Program-made: the position numbers and the translations under genes
Source of the DNA: a virus
Virus record (IMG/VR): IMGVR_UViG_3300008255_000111
Coordinates: 32,001 to 96,000 of that record
Length of the DNA stretch: 64,000 nt
Reading direction: 5' to 3' (one strand)
Notes under the pieces: generated by a model
What the model was told of the DNA's origin: nothing
Seen by the model: the letters and a program-made list of their open reading frames with translations, nothing else
Database searches by the model: none
Shown here: positions 63,476 through 64,000 of the stretch, in pieces
Layout of the letters: every line of letters starts with the position of its first letter
Position numbering within the stretch: position 1 is the first letter of the stretch

Positions 63476-63504
63476 TCAAGCCTCCTTTTGATCAGCTCTA
63501 AGAT

Positions 63505-63987
63505 TTAAGGCATCCAGCCTGACGTGCCCATATAGGGAGCGGCCAAGCGATTTAACACATCACCAAAGGTCAACGTCTCTCGGTCTTCTCCCGTGAGCGC
63601 ACCTCTCAAGCCATTAAAGACCTGATACCACTCATAGGTCGTCAGGGCGTCTCTAGGCAGAAGACCCAAGCCGTAGGGGTGCGCGGCGGCGGCGTCGATA
63701 GCCTGGACATACTGGACCACCGAGTTATAAGAGTTGCGCCCCACTAGGCTCTTGAAAATCGCGTTGTAACGACCACCTTGCAGAAGCTCTCGGAGGTCGG
63801 TCGTGGTGTAGACCTGAACCTCCTGCGCCGGAGGATAAGCCCAACTCCGATTCTGAACCGCCTGGAAAAGCCGGACGAGCTGAGGCGCGTAGATGGGCAA
63901 GCCATCATAAGGCAGCAGCGAGTCAAGCTCTAGGGCGACTGGTCCCTTCATCGGAGTCGAAGGGCGATCGACTATCCTAAAGCGCAC
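63505..63987 (-). CDS. hypothetical protein upstream of the tube genes
   Basis: 160 aa ORF. Confidence 0.7.
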   Translation of the reverse strand: MRFRIVDRPSTPMKGPVALELDSLLPYDGLPIYAPQLVRLFQAVQNRSWAYPPAQEVQVYTTTDLRELLQGGRYNAIFKSLVGRNSYNSVVQYVQAIDAAAAHPYGLGLLPRDALTTYEWYQVFNGLRGALTGEDRETLTFGDVLNRLAAPYMGTSGWMP

Positions 63988-64000
63988 ATTACAACCATCC

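Noticed and set aside
42969-63987. Bacterial eCIS or tailocin locus rather than a phage
   Set aside because: Flanked by 42 kb of single-strand phage-type orphans, a Dda-like helicase and an intein-bearing RNR, with a long tape measure and a G/GT frameshift. Capsid genes are presumably outside the window.
63505-63987. TFGDVL near the C-terminus as a member of the FGxxRS family
   Set aside because: It lacks the RS and is not N-terminal.
1-64000. tRNA/rRNA genes and stop-codon reassignment
   Set aside because: No tRNA or rRNA signature seen by eye (a tRNAscan-SE run would settle it); conserved genes are intact in the standard code and end in all three stop codons.
1-64000. Frequent GATC/CGATCG as a HIP1-like repeat
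   Set aside because: Plausibly explained by ATC, GAT and GCG codon usage; enrichment cannot be shown without counting.

Overview
This 64 kb window comes from a large dsDNA myovirus (contractile-tail phage), and essentially every credible gene is on the minus strand. From right to left in transcription order: a tail/baseplate module (two tandem gp19-like tubes, an inserted DNA methyltransferase, a tail assembly chaperone with a -1 frameshift, tape measure, LysM/gp53-like, hub, spike, gp25, baseplate J, wedge, fibre, CIS-type tube-initiator-like); a class II ribonucleotide reductase with two LAGLIDADG inteins; Dps-like and ChaB genes; then about 36 kb of small accessory genes (Dda-like helicase, two more MTase-like genes, peptide deformylase, PAPS-reductase-like, DUF262, DUF4942, DUF3307, DUF4326-SLOG and many orphans). 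The most striking unexplained signal is the 16-bp palindrome CTGCAATCGATTGCAG. I found 17 copies (14 perfect), about one per 3.7 kb. Fourteen sit in 5' leaders just upstream of start codons, often with copy-specific but self-complementary flanks, and three are in frame (LQSIA) in linker regions of long genes. A second signal is a set of six otherwise divergent accessory proteins sharing an N-terminal (F/Y)(G/S)(D/E)xR(S/A) motif. Family assignments come from motif recognition by eye; no database search was run. The host is not determined.
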